DNA of 41,072 bases from an uncultured Clostridia bacterium (GTDB lineage: Bacteria; Bacillota; Clostridia; Oscillospirales; CAG-272): contig CANQXN010000003.1 in NCBI GenBank assembly GCA_947627815.1, forward strand, positions 1-41,072, in the 5' to 3' direction. The notes below the pieces were generated by a model. That model saw nothing but the letters and a program-made list of their open reading frames with translations, had not been told where the DNA came from and did no database searches. This document shows, one piece after another, positions 18,856 to 29,100 of the stretch (position 1 is its first letter; the number at the start of each line of letters is the position of its first letter). The translations under genes were made by a program, and so were the position numbers.

Positions 18856-21417
18856 ATGCGACAAGACATTGGTAAAGATTTTAAAGGCGAACTCACCTTT
18901 GACAATGAACAATGGTATGCGGTCGGTCAAACATGGAATGATGCTATGATTTATGTCATGACCAAAACCATGACCGCCCTTACAAATGACGGATTATTAA
19001 TTGGCATTCTCGCTATTGTGTTTTTAATACTTGCAGCCATTATTACCGCTTGCGGCATTTTGTTTACCAAAGACGCGATTCGCGGTCGTATGCCCGCATA
19101 TAATGCAATAATTCATACCAAGGATAAAGACGGTAAAAAAAGAGGAGTCCTCAATTTCAATAAAACAATGGGTAAAAAGTTATTACCCTATTGCATTATT
19201 GGGCTGTGTTTGATTATCACATTAGCATTTTATATTCAATCCTTAAATTCTCTTTCTATTGTGGCAAGTGAAGCCAATACAAAAATTGATCAAATCAATA
19301 CTTCGTTAGAACAAAATATCACAGACGCTTCAGCCTTAAATACCGAATATAAAGATACATTTATGATTAAATGTAGTCAAATAACGACCTTTTTGGAGGA
19401 AAACCCTCAATATATCTTTTCATTTAATCCTGAAGATGAAAATGTACACGAACATCCCATCGCAGTGGCCAATCAATCTAAATATTCCATTAGTAATCAA
19501 AAATTTTTACAAGAACTTTGTCAAACCAATTCCATTGAAAAAATTTCTGTTTTTGATCGCTATGGACGGATTTTAGCGACTAATAATTCGGATTGGTATT
19601 ATGTTATTTCAGATGATCCGAACAGTCAAACATATCCTTTTGGGGAAATACTCGCCGAACATAAAGATGAAGTCGCGCAAGACTTGATTCTTAATGATGA
19701 GGGCGACTATGCTCAATATATCGGCCGTGCCTTCTATTATTATACAATTACAAATGAAGACGGTTCGATTCGTTATGTAACACAAAAAGATTATGACAGC
19801 CAATTTGCCGGAACATGGACGGGTGGCCTTATTCAAAAAAATCGCGGTTTAGTTCAAATCAACATCGCTCCCGAAAGATTAAAAACCGTTGCGGGAACCG
19901 CTACATTAGAATATGTGGCCTCTCATATGAATGTTTACGGCAGCGGCAAAGTTATTATTTTTGATACAAGTGAAAATCATCAATGTATTTATTCGAATAA
20001 TGACTTAGATTTAAATCTTTCCGCGTCTGCTCTTGGTTTTAGCAGCGATGCTTTTGATGAAACCGGTGCAACGTATAGTGGTACAACCACTCTAAATGGA
20101 AATGAGTATTTTCAAATATTAAAGTATAGTAGCGGTAGATATACAGGCGTTCTTATTCCTACGGATGATGTTTATGCTAAAAGAACCTATGTATCATTAA
20201 CAATTTTTATTTCCTCGCTCATTGGCATTATGGTTTTAATGATTGTTAATTGTTTGTTTGGCGCTAAAGAAGAGGCTTTATATCTTGAAGGCAAACAAAA
20301 CGCTGAAAAAAGAAGTCGTAATGAAAAAGAGACAATCACTGTTACCCTACCATCGGGCAAAACGAAAAAGACAAGATCAGCAGCTGCCAGATGGGATGCG
20401 CCGGCAGTAGCGTGGCGTGATAAATCGCCTGACCAAAAACTTGCTACGATTACTACCCTACTCGTTTATGCGTTCATTACTATAACTGTCCTAGGGATTC
20501 TATTCGCTCGAATTGGATTATTTGATATTAAGATTGTTAATTACACATATAGTGTTGTTGCGAAACGCGGTCTTAATATCTTCACATTGACGCAAGGCAT
20601 TATCATTTTATTAATTGTCTTTTACATCGCCAAGATCGTTCAACTATTAATTCAAGTAACGGCAGAGAATGTTGGCAGTAGAGCAGAAACATTAGGTCAT
20701 TTACTTGCATCGGTGATTCGCTATGGCGTGGTAATTTGGGCAATATTCTATATTCTCTACTTATGTGGCTTAGATACAGGAAGCTTACTTGCATCGGCCG
20801 GTATTCTTTCATTGGTGATTGGTCTTGGCGCTCAAAGTATGATTCAAGATATTTTAGCGGGTCTATTTATCGTTTTTGAAGGAGAATTTAGAGTTGGTGA
20901 TATTGTAACCGTTGGCGATTTTCGCGGTAATGTTCTGGAAATTGGTCTTCGTACCACCATAATCGAAGATGCAACGAAAAACATTAAGGTTTTCAATAAC
21001 TCGCAATTATCCGGTATTATCAATATGACCAAAGAATTGTCTTGTGCGGTAATTGATGTGAGCATTGAATATGGTGAATCTTTAGAAAGAGTGGAAATGG
21101 TGTTAAACGATGAATTCCCGGCCATACGCCATCGTTTACCCTCCATCATCGATGGCCCGTTTTACAAAGGCGTTTCAGCGTTAAATACAAGTAGTGTTGA
21201 TATTAAAATTATAGCTTTATGTAAAGAAAAAGATCGAATGCAGTTGTGTCGTGACCTAAATAGAGAAGTCTTTTTACTATTCAAAAAGCACAATATCGGC
21301 ATTCCTTTCCCTCAAATTACGGTAAGCTATTTAAAAGACGAAGAGCCGCTTTCATTTACTGAAAAAGACAAGAATGAAACTGAAAAAGACAATAACGATG
21401 TTCAAACTTTTGTTTGA
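18856..21417 (+). CDS. MscS-family mechanosensitive-channel homolog with a roughly 300-aa extracytoplasmic (Cache-like?) sensor domain
   Basis: The C-terminus has the MscS pore-helix/beta-domain signature (GLGAQSMIQDILAGLFIVFEGEFRVGDIVTVGDFRGNVLEIGLRTT). The N-terminal half has 2 TM, a roughly 300-aa domain and a further TM. The start is uncertain. The ORF-track start at 18739 lies inside the tRNA. The first ATG at 18856 has no SD and sits only about 20 nt after the terminator. In-frame ATGs at 18946, 18958 and 18970 are alternatives. Confidence 0.7.
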   Translation: MRQDIGKDFKGELTFDNEQWYAVGQTWNDAMIYVMTKTMTALTNDGLLIGILAIVFLILAAIITACGILFTKDAIRGRMPAYNAIIHTKDKDGKKRGVLNFNKTMGKKLLPYCIIGLCLIITLAFYIQSLNSLSIVASEANTKIDQINTSLEQNITDASALNTEYKDTFMIKCSQITTFLEENPQYIFSFNPEDENVHEHPIAVANQSKYSISNQKFLQELCQTNSIEKISVFDRYGRILATNNSDWYYVISDDPNSQTYPFGEILAEHKDEVAQDLILNDEGDYAQYIGRAFYYYTITNEDGSIRYVTQKDYDSQFAGTWTGGLIQKNRGLVQINIAPERLKTVAGTATLEYVASHMNVYGSGKVIIFDTSENHQCIYSNNDLDLNLSASALGFSSDAFDETGATYSGTTTLNGNEYFQILKYSSGRYTGVLIPTDDVYAKRTYVSLTIFISSLIGIMVLMIVNCLFGAKEEALYLEGKQNAEKRSRNEKETITVTLPSGKTKKTRSAAARWDAPAVAWRDKSPDQKLATITTLLVYAFITITVLGILFARIGLFDIKIVNYTYSVVAKRGLNIFTLTQGIIILLIVFYIAKIVQLLIQVTAENVGSRAETLGHLLASVIRYGVVIWAIFYILYLCGLDTGSLLASAGILSLVIGLGAQSMIQDILAGLFIVFEGEFRVGDIVTVGDFRGNVLEIGLRTTIIEDATKNIKVFNNSQLSGIINMTKELSCAVIDVSIEYGESLERVEMVLNDEFPAIRHRLPSIIDGPFYKGVSALNTSSVDIKIIALCKEKDRMQLCRDLNREVFLLFKKHNIGIPFPQITVSYLKDEEPLSFTEKDKNETEKDNNDVQTFV

Positions 21418-21449
21418 AGCAAAAAAATCACCTACAACGGATATGAAAG

Positions 21450-21764
21450 ATGAAAAACTTAAGTAAAATTTTAGTTTTATTGCTTGTATTAAGTGGCTTA
21501 TATTTCGTTTTTTCTTATCAACAATTCATTTATGCCGCAAGTCAAACTTCTGATTCTGCCTCAAGCGAAACAGCCGAAGAAGAGGAAGCGTCACAGAATG
21601 ATGATAGTACAGTCCTTGCCGTATCAGGAACATCTGTATTAGTAGGTGCCGGCACCTATACCTTTATCCGTCAGAAGAGAAAAAATCAAAAAGAAGAAGA
21701 AGAACAAAAAAATCAGTCTCCTGTTTACTACAAAAATCATTCACGGGAAAACAGGGATTTATAA
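21450..21764 (+). CDS. Small secreted/anchored acidic protein (signal peptide, acidic linker, TM, charged tail)
   Basis: 104 aa. Signal-like N-terminus (ILVLLLVLSGLYFVF...IYA/AS), an acidic Ser/Glu segment, LAVSG followed by a hydrophobic stretch and RQKRKNQK. Same low G+C as the upstream gene. Confidence 0.5.
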   Translation: MKNLSKILVLLLVLSGLYFVFSYQQFIYAASQTSDSASSETAEEEEASQNDDSTVLAVSGTSVLVGAGTYTFIRQKRKNQKEEEEQKNQSPVYYKNHSRENRDL

Positions 21765-21841
21765 TCGCGCTTTGATTTTCAAAAATGCTACTGATAAAAA
21801 ATCATCATGGCATCAATGAATTCTCTTTTGCCAAAACGAAA

Positions 21842-21872
21842 AACACCATCCCATTGGATGGTGTTTTTTTTT
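21842..21872. terminator. Bidirectional intrinsic terminator
   Basis: ACACCATCC (21843-21851) pairs with GGATGGTGT (21856-21864) around a 4-nt loop. A T-run follows on the plus strand and TTTTT on the minus strand. It lies between convergent genes. Confidence 0.8.
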
Positions 21873-21919
21873 CGGATTATCCAAACACTAAAAAATCACA
21901 GGCAAGTGCCAATCTTGCG

Positions 21920-22177
21920 TCAAATATATTCGTTCATACAATGTCTTAATCGATGAGCCGCCTCTTGTTCATCATCGCCTGAAACGGTCACCGTAACGGT
22001 ATCCCCTGTTTTTACAATTAAAGACATTACATCCAGAGATCCCTTGACATTGGCGACTTTACTGCCCTTGATCATAGTAACAGCGGCGTTATATCGCGAT
22101 GCTTCCTTCGCCAATCGGCTGGCCGGCTGTTCATAAATGCCCAACGGATCTTTTACAACATGGGTGAATTCAATCAT
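21920..22177 (-). CDS. HPr-fold protein lacking both canonical phosphorylation residues (Tyr15, Gly46)
   Basis: 85 aa from ATG 22177 (AGGAAG RBS). It aligns by eye to HPr along its length. GIYEQPA replaces GxHARPA (the codon at 22133-22135 is TAT). KGSLDVMSL replaces KSxxGVMSL. Confidence 0.7.
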   Translation of the reverse strand: MIEFTHVVKDPLGIYEQPASRLAKEASRYNAAVTMIKGSKVANVKGSLDVMSLIVKTGDTVTVTVSGDDEQEAAHRLRHCMNEYI

Positions 22178-22229
22178 GGCCTTTTTTCTTCCTTGACTTG
22201 ATACTTTAGTTTGTGTCAAAGCAAGTGTT

Positions 22230-24872
22230 TTATGCCGCCATGCCTTGCATTTCCCGCTCCTCTTTTTTCCTGTAGTCTTTTTTCTTGGGACGAATCAAAA
22301 CCCTGCGCAAAGTGTCAAGCGGAAGTATAACAAAAGAAAGAACAGCCAACGCTCCGAGAACTTTAATATCCAAAGGCGCCGTGCGGAACACAGTTCCGCC
22401 AAAATATACCATCAGCAATTGTACAACCGTTACTAAAATGGTTATGAAAATAAATGACTTGTTTTTTCCAAGTCCGGCAAGCAAATTGATCCTGTCGGTG
22501 CGCGCATTGAAGAAATTCATGACGCCAAGGAAAATAAACAAGGTAAAGAAGGCAGAATAGAACAGGATCGGCGATTTGTCAAACTGCAACGCCACCCGTA
22601 CTTGTCGGTTCAGCATAAATAAAAGGGATAAAAGAATAGTCATACTGCCGTTCCACAGAATCTTTCCCATCATTTCTCCGTTCAAAAGAGGCTCATCACG
22701 CCGTTTGGGCGGTTCTGTCATGGTATCCGGCGTAGCCGCCTCTCCGGCAAAAGCCAATCCGCCGAGTGTATCCATAATGATATTGACCCAAAGCATCTGA
22801 ATGATGGTAATCGGCGTTTCAAAGCCCAAAAAGGGACCGATCAGCGTAACGCCAACCGCACATAGATTCATAGTCAGTTGGAAAACAATAAACTTCCGTA
22901 TACTCTTGAAAATCGTGCGTCCGTACAACACCGCCTTAACAATGGCGGAAATATCATTATTCAGAATAACAATATCGCCGGCTTCTTTCGCAATATCCGT
23001 CCCGCTTCCCATAGCAAATCCAACATCGGCCAGCTTTAACGCCGGGGCATCGTTGACGCCGTCGCCGGTCATACCTACCACCATTTCGCGGCTCTGCGCG
23101 AGCCGCACTAACCTTGTTTTATCGCCCGGCAATGCCCTTGCTACTACGGCAAGATGCGGCAAAAGAGCCGCCGCTTCTTCATCTGTCATAGAAGACAGCT
23201 CACCGCCGGTTATCACTCTGTCACGCCCGGGTTGTAATATGCCGGCTTCAACTGCAATGGCGCGCGCGGTTTCTTTTCCGTCTCCTGTCACCATTACAAC
23301 TTGAATGCCCGCTTCCTGAAGGGCCTGCACCGAAGGCGCCGCGCTGGCGCGAATTTTATCCCGGATAGCGATCAACCCAACTAAAGTCAACGCCCCAAGC
23401 CCTGTAGCGGTTGGCATTTTATCCGCAAGCGCAACGGCAATCAAGCGAAAAGACTGCGAAGTCAGACGCCGCGCCTCTCGAAGGAGCTTATCGGAAGAGA
23501 AAATACTCACCTGCCCGTTTTTGTCTAAGGCGCGTGTCGTCTGCTTCATCAGCAGGTCGGGAGCGCCTTTGATCAAAACGCGCCCGTCAGGCAGGCGCGC
23601 GGCGGAATATTTATAACGGCTGTCAAAGGGAATTTTTTGTAATGCTGTGCCAATATCTCCTCCGAAATAGGAAGCAATCGCACGATCCGTCGCATTGGAA
23701 CCAATGGCTTTTTTCCCAATCATAGAACATTCTGTGTTATATTTGGCAGAATCCATAAAAACCGGCCAGCGCGCGTCCGTCATGAGTTTGCGTCGATCTG
23801 TCACCCATTCCCCTTCCGGCGTAACAATCCCTTCCACGCTTTGTATGCCGTCGGTTATTGTGCCGGTTTTATCACAAAAAAGAATATTCATACTGCCCGC
23901 CGTTTCAATCCCGACGAGCTTTTTAACCATGACCTGGTCTTTCAACATGGATTTCATATTAGAGGATAGCACGACGCAGATCATCATTGGCAGCCCTTCC
24001 GGAACCGCGACGACAACAATGGTGATTGCCAATGTCAAGGCTCGGATAAGAAGCGAGGCAATAGAACGAAAATCCGGGTACGCAGCCACAATTTCTGCCA
24101 ATTGAAAATGATTATTCCAAAGTACTTTGCCAAACAAATAAGAAAAAGCCACTACCGCAGCCAATACATAGCCGATGCGACTGATCACTTTTGCCAATGC
24201 GCCCAAGCGAAGCTTTAAAGGGCTTTCTCGCGTGTCGATCTGTAAATCGGCGGCAAGGCCGCCCAACAAGGTATGATCTCCTACATCAGTAACGCGAAAA
24301 ACGCAGCTCCCATGTGTGACAATACAGCCGCTGAATAGCCGGTTTTCGGACGAAGGATCCCTTGGAAGTTCACAAGTGTCGGGATGCTTCCGCGCCTCCT
24401 TGCTTTCTCCGTTCAGCGCGGATTGATCTACCGATACCGCGCCCTCTATGAGAATACCGTCCGCCGGTATCTTTTCACCACTACTAAGTAAAACAAGATC
24501 ACCGACAACCAAATCTTCCGGTGATATTTCGACGATCGTTCCCTCCCGTATGACATGAGAAAAATGCTTGTCACTTTTTTCCAATAGCCTTTCAAAAGCA
24601 TTTTCACTGCCATGTTCCGAAATCGTGGAGACCAGAGTAGAAATTACAATGGCGGCAACGATGCCCAAACATTCGGTAAGATTCATGTTTTTGAGAGTAA
24701 AAATAATATTGATCAAAAGCGCCATCATCAGGACCCGAATAATCGGATCCGAAAAATTCGAGAGCAATCGGCGCAGAAATGACATCTTTTTTCGCTTGGC
24801 CAATCGGTTAGCGCCGTATGTTTCTCTGGCCCTAAGTACCTCGTCCTCCCGCAAACCGGTATATTTTTTCAT
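22230..24872 (-). CDS. P-type (P2, Ca2+-type) cation-transporting ATPase
   Basis: Cation_ATPase_N-like start (LREDEVLRARETYGANRL), PEGLP, DKTGTIT phosphorylation site, TGDG and GDGVNDAPAL. 880 aa from ATG 24872 (AAGGGAAG RBS). Confidence 0.88.
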   Translation of the reverse strand: MKKYTGLREDEVLRARETYGANRLAKRKKMSFLRRLLSNFSDPIIRVLMMALLINIIFTLKNMNLTECLGIVAAIVISTLVSTISEHGSENAFERLLEKSDKHFSHVIREGTIVEISPEDLVVGDLVLLSSGEKIPADGILIEGAVSVDQSALNGESKEARKHPDTCELPRDPSSENRLFSGCIVTHGSCVFRVTDVGDHTLLGGLAADLQIDTRESPLKLRLGALAKVISRIGYVLAAVVAFSYLFGKVLWNNHFQLAEIVAAYPDFRSIASLLIRALTLAITIVVVAVPEGLPMMICVVLSSNMKSMLKDQVMVKKLVGIETAGSMNILFCDKTGTITDGIQSVEGIVTPEGEWVTDRRKLMTDARWPVFMDSAKYNTECSMIGKKAIGSNATDRAIASYFGGDIGTALQKIPFDSRYKYSAARLPDGRVLIKGAPDLLMKQTTRALDKNGQVSIFSSDKLLREARRLTSQSFRLIAVALADKMPTATGLGALTLVGLIAIRDKIRASAAPSVQALQEAGIQVVMVTGDGKETARAIAVEAGILQPGRDRVITGGELSSMTDEEAAALLPHLAVVARALPGDKTRLVRLAQSREMVVGMTGDGVNDAPALKLADVGFAMGSGTDIAKEAGDIVILNNDISAIVKAVLYGRTIFKSIRKFIVFQLTMNLCAVGVTLIGPFLGFETPITIIQMLWVNIIMDTLGGLAFAGEAATPDTMTEPPKRRDEPLLNGEMMGKILWNGSMTILLSLLFMLNRQVRVALQFDKSPILFYSAFFTLFIFLGVMNFFNARTDRINLLAGLGKNKSFIFITILVTVVQLLMVYFGGTVFRTAPLDIKVLGALAVLSFVILPLDTLRRVLIRPKKKDYRKKEEREMQGMAA

Positions 24873-25085
24873 AATGTTCTTGCTTCCCTTTCTGTGAAAC
24901 TGACATCGACCGTACAAAAACATTATATTGAAAAAAGAGAAACGATATACCCGCCGCAAGAGAGAACTGAAAGAACAGACCATGATCCCCAAGTCAAATA
25001 AAAATGCCTCTTGTCTTTATTTTAATCTGTCTTCCACATGAGTAAACCGTGCCAATGAACATCATCTTTCCGCTAAATGCCCTCG

Positions 25086-25128
25086 ATACAAAAACACCTC
25101 AGTATAGCACCCTTGGCATACTGAGGCG
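25086..25128 (-). terminator. Intrinsic terminator downstream of the AraC-family gene
   Basis: CCTCAGTAT (25097-25105) pairs with ATACTGAGG (25118-25126). On the minus strand it is followed by TGTTTTTGT. Confidence 0.65.
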
Positions 25129-25150
25129 TTTTATCAAATTTCTTATTGTA

Positions 25151-26128
25151 TCACGAGGAACCGAACCGCACATTGCGCGGTGTTACCCCATACCGTTTTC
25201 GAAACTGGCGATAAAAATAGCTGGCGTTTTCATATCCCACAGCGGCGGCAATATCGGAAACCGAAAGGTCTGTTGTCTTTAAGAGAAATTCGGCCACACG
25301 AAACCTTTGCTCTACCACCAGATCTTTAAAATTATCTCCCATATTCATGGCGATCCATTTACAAAGATAGGTATGCGACATGCCCAGTTGGTCGGCCAGA
25401 ACGGTCAAGGAAGCATCCCGATAACTTGTGCGGATATAATTATCGATGGTGTTTTTCAGTCGTTCATAATAATCATCCGTTTGAAATTGACTCACAAGAA
25501 TATGATCGATCGAAACAAAATAGGTCAACATCAGCGACATCGTTTTCTGGAGAACATGAGAATCTGTGCATTGGTTATGAATAATGGAGTACAACAGCGC
25601 TTCCATCAGATTTTCGATCTGAAGGATACCGTCAATTTGAAACTGAAGAAGCACCGGTTTTCCGTTGTTTCGCAGATTTTCAATCAAAAAGTCGGTAAAA
25701 ATATTTGACTCCCGGATCTCGCAGACGACAGACTCGAAGAAAGCGGACGAAATGATAAAGTTCACGCCAATATCTTCGACGCCGGCGCATTTTACCGCAT
25801 GAGCCACATGACGGTTCATCAGGAGAATCCCGCCTTTGGGCAGGATAATCTCCTGCCCGTCTACAATATGCGTGATCTGCCCGCGGCATACATACATCAT
25901 TTCGACATAGTCGTGCTTATGAAGGGAAAAATCAATAAATCTCGCGTGTGTACGAATCTCAATTTGCTTTCTTTCCTTGTTTTCCTCTGTCGGAAACAAA
26001 CGGCGATCGGTAACGGTTTGTGTTCCCTTTCCGAAATACAGCGAATTTTCGACATCGCGCTTTCCGCTTAGATACTGCTTTTCTTCATCCGTAATAACCG
26101 AAAGACGATCTATGATCGATTGCTGCAT
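25151..26128 (-). CDS. AraC family transcriptional regulator (N-terminal cupin, C-terminal double HTH)
   Basis: Cupin-like HKHDYVEMMYVCRGQ...AHAV. C-terminal AraC HTH (GYENASYFYRQFRKRYGVTP). GAGGAGG RBS. Confidence 0.88.
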   Translation of the reverse strand: MQQSIIDRLSVITDEEKQYLSGKRDVENSLYFGKGTQTVTDRRLFPTEENKERKQIEIRTHARFIDFSLHKHDYVEMMYVCRGQITHIVDGQEIILPKGGILLMNRHVAHAVKCAGVEDIGVNFIISSAFFESVVCEIRESNIFTDFLIENLRNNGKPVLLQFQIDGILQIENLMEALLYSIIHNQCTDSHVLQKTMSLMLTYFVSIDHILVSQFQTDDYYERLKNTIDNYIRTSYRDASLTVLADQLGMSHTYLCKWIAMNMGDNFKDLVVEQRFRVAEFLLKTTDLSVSDIAAAVGYENASYFYRQFRKRYGVTPRNVRFGSS

Positions 26129-26186
26129 ATGTTCCTCCTCATTCTCATGAGGTTATTTCTTTACAAAAGGAATGACAACTTGTTGT

Positions 26187-29100
26187 TTACCGTATCACAA
26201 TGGTATAACTGCCGGAACCCAGGGTAAGAGCCTCACCATTTTCAAGCAAAGTGCCATTCAGTGAATAGGTGGTTCCGACCGGCAGAATAACTGTGGCGGT
26301 GGAACCAAACGGAACTTTTACCGTCATGGTGACAGTACCGTCCGCTTCCTTGACCCAAGAACTCTCTACCTCACCGCGAACCGTCTGCACCTTACAAGTT
26401 ACATATGTCAGATCATTCGGCAAATAGGGCTGCACCGTGAAAGTCTCATAGCCGTTATCCATATTTTTTATCCCTGCCAAATGAGAATAAAACCATTCTT
26501 CATAGGTGCCGAGGAAGTAATGATCCAGCGAACGCGATGTCGCTTCCCACATTTCCCAAAGAGAGGTACTTCCCTTTTCGATCATAAAACCCCATGAAGG
26601 ATAAGTGGTCTGTGTCGCGATGGTGTAAGCCAAATCCGTATAACCCAGATCGGTCAGAAGGGGCAGAATGAATTTTGTTCCGACGCAGCCGGTGTCTAAA
26701 TGGTCATTCTTGGCATGAATATCTTTGATCAGGTTATCAATGACTGTCTGGCGGTTCTCCTCCGGCACAAGACCGACCGCGAGCGGCAACAGATTGGAGG
26801 ACTGACGATATCGCGTTCTCGTACCGATCTGTGACCAGGTCGTTGTTTCATAATAGCCTTCCTTGACATTATAAAATTTGGTATTGAACGCTTCATAAAT
26901 ATTTTCCATGGAATCCTGATAGGATGTGGCATCCGCGTCATACCCAAGCATGGTGGCAATCTCGCTCATATCTTTCAGCATCTGATATACCAGCGCCGTA
27001 CCCACAATGCCGGAACCCTCGGAAGGATTTTCATTATATTGCGCATTGGGATTGGTTCCCATCGGCGATACCCAGTCGCCCAATTGTCCGTCGGGACATA
27101 CCCAACGGTTCTGGCGAAGATTGGCCACAACCTTTGCGGCATACTTTTTCATGGTAGCATACTGTTCTTTCAGATACTGCAACGAGCCGTATACTTTGTA
27201 TGTGTCATATACGCCAAAGACATACACGGTGTTCCACACATAATTCTCACCGATATTCCAACCGGCTGTCGGCACCATGGGCGGCACCAATCCATACTGT
27301 TCAAAGCAGCTTTCCATAATTTCGATAAAGTTTTCCGTTACCGTACTCATATCAAAATTATAGTTCATGGAGGTAAGGGCTACATTAAAGTCTCCCAGCC
27401 AACCATTTTTTTCCCAAACCGGACAATCGGTAGGCTTGCCCTGTAAATTGTTGAGAATGGTTCTTACCATCATCTGATGCATTTGATTGAGCAAATCATT
27501 GGAACACTCAAAAGTTCCCGTCGTTTTCACATCGTTGCGAGTGCGATAGATTACAATATCATCGACAGTCAATTCGCCCGGGTAATTCCAGATCTGAATA
27601 TATTGAAACCCTTTATAGCTGAATTTTGGCTCAAAGGTCTCGATCGCTTCTCCTTTGGCGGTATAACGGTCAGTCATAATATAGAACTCCGGCCACCAGT
27701 TATTGCTGACACCATCTTTACCGCCTAGGCGCTGAACGCTGCCGTTACTATTGAGTTTTTCACTATATGTCAAAACGATCTGATCTCCGGCACTCGCGCC
27801 CCGAACAGTCAGTTTGACCCATCCGGCCACCATTTCCGGACAGTATACCACATAAGAGCCGTCTGAAAGTTTTTTGATCTGTTTTGGACTGAAAGCTTCT
27901 GTACGACGCACCGGATCTTCCAATTGACATTCCAATTTTCCGGTCGGTTTTTTGGCGTTTACCGCCTGGCTCCAACTACTGTCATCATAACCGGGCATAT
28001 CCCAACCCGTTTTTTCTTTTCTGGCATCGTAATACTCACCGTAGTAGATGCTGTTGAATGTCGTAGGGCCATCCGATGTAACCTTCCAACTGGTATCCGA
28101 CACGATAGATTCGCTGCTTCCATCGGCATATCTGACAACCATCCAGAACAAAAGTTTCGGCGAGTCTTTCCATGTGGCACTGCCCCAATTCCACACACCG
28201 CCTTCTTCATTGTAAAAACCGTTGCCAAGTTCCACCGCCAAAGCGTTGGTTGCTCCCGCGTTCAAAAGAGAGGTGACATCCAGCGTGCGATAGAGAACGG
28301 TTTTGTTATATTGCGTATTGCAGGGATCCAAAAAGCAGTCATCCGCCAACTTCCCGTTGATACGCAAAACCGAATAGCCGATACCGCTCATATACACGGT
28401 AGCTTCTATTACATCTTTTTTGGCCTCAAATTCCTTGCGCAGTAAAATCGCCGCACGATCGCCCTCATTGGAAATCACACATTGGCGATCCCACGGGGAG
28501 CTTCCGTAAGACACATATTGATCGGGGCTTCTCCATGTAGAATCATCATAAGTCGGCAGATTCCAGTCCGCAGGAATCGATTGAATGGCTTTCCAATCGG
28601 TGCGATTGGTCGTTCTCGTTTCGCTGGTGCCGTCCGTATAATTAAGATAGAGCTTGCCAACCAGACCGGCATACCCCACCGAAGAATTGGTCACCTTTAA
28701 GGCAATCAAATTGCTTCCGGCCGTCAAAGCCGGTGTAATATCCGCTACATTTCCGGTTTTCCAGATATCGGTTTGGTTAGGGATATCCAATACGGTCGTT
28801 CCATTGACATATAAGGTGGCATAATCGTCTGCTGTAAAGACAAAATGAGCGGAAGCAATCGTTTTTCCCGCCCGAGGCTCAAACGCATAACGGAAACAAA
28901 CGGTTTCCGCCGCCAATCCGCCGTTGGCAGAGGCGCCATTATTCCGGCCGGAATACCAGATCCACTGAGCGCCGTTCAAATCATAAGCCGTATCGGAAGC
29001 CGGCGCACCGATCCATTGTCCTTGCCAGGTGTCCCCGGCAAAAATGCCTGTGCGAAATTCGATCGGTTCGCTTTTCACAGTATTGCCATAAGCGTCCCAA

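Larger units (their letters stand above)
18840..21900. other. Low-G+C insert (candidate horizontally acquired islet) downstream of tRNA-Val
   Basis: Hand counts of 60-nt lines give 19261-19320 at 32% G+C and 20581-20640 at 33%. Flanking genes give 62% at 17161-17220 and 45% at 21961-22020. Bounded by the tRNA terminator and a bidirectional terminator. No integrase and no direct repeat detected. Confidence 0.55.
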
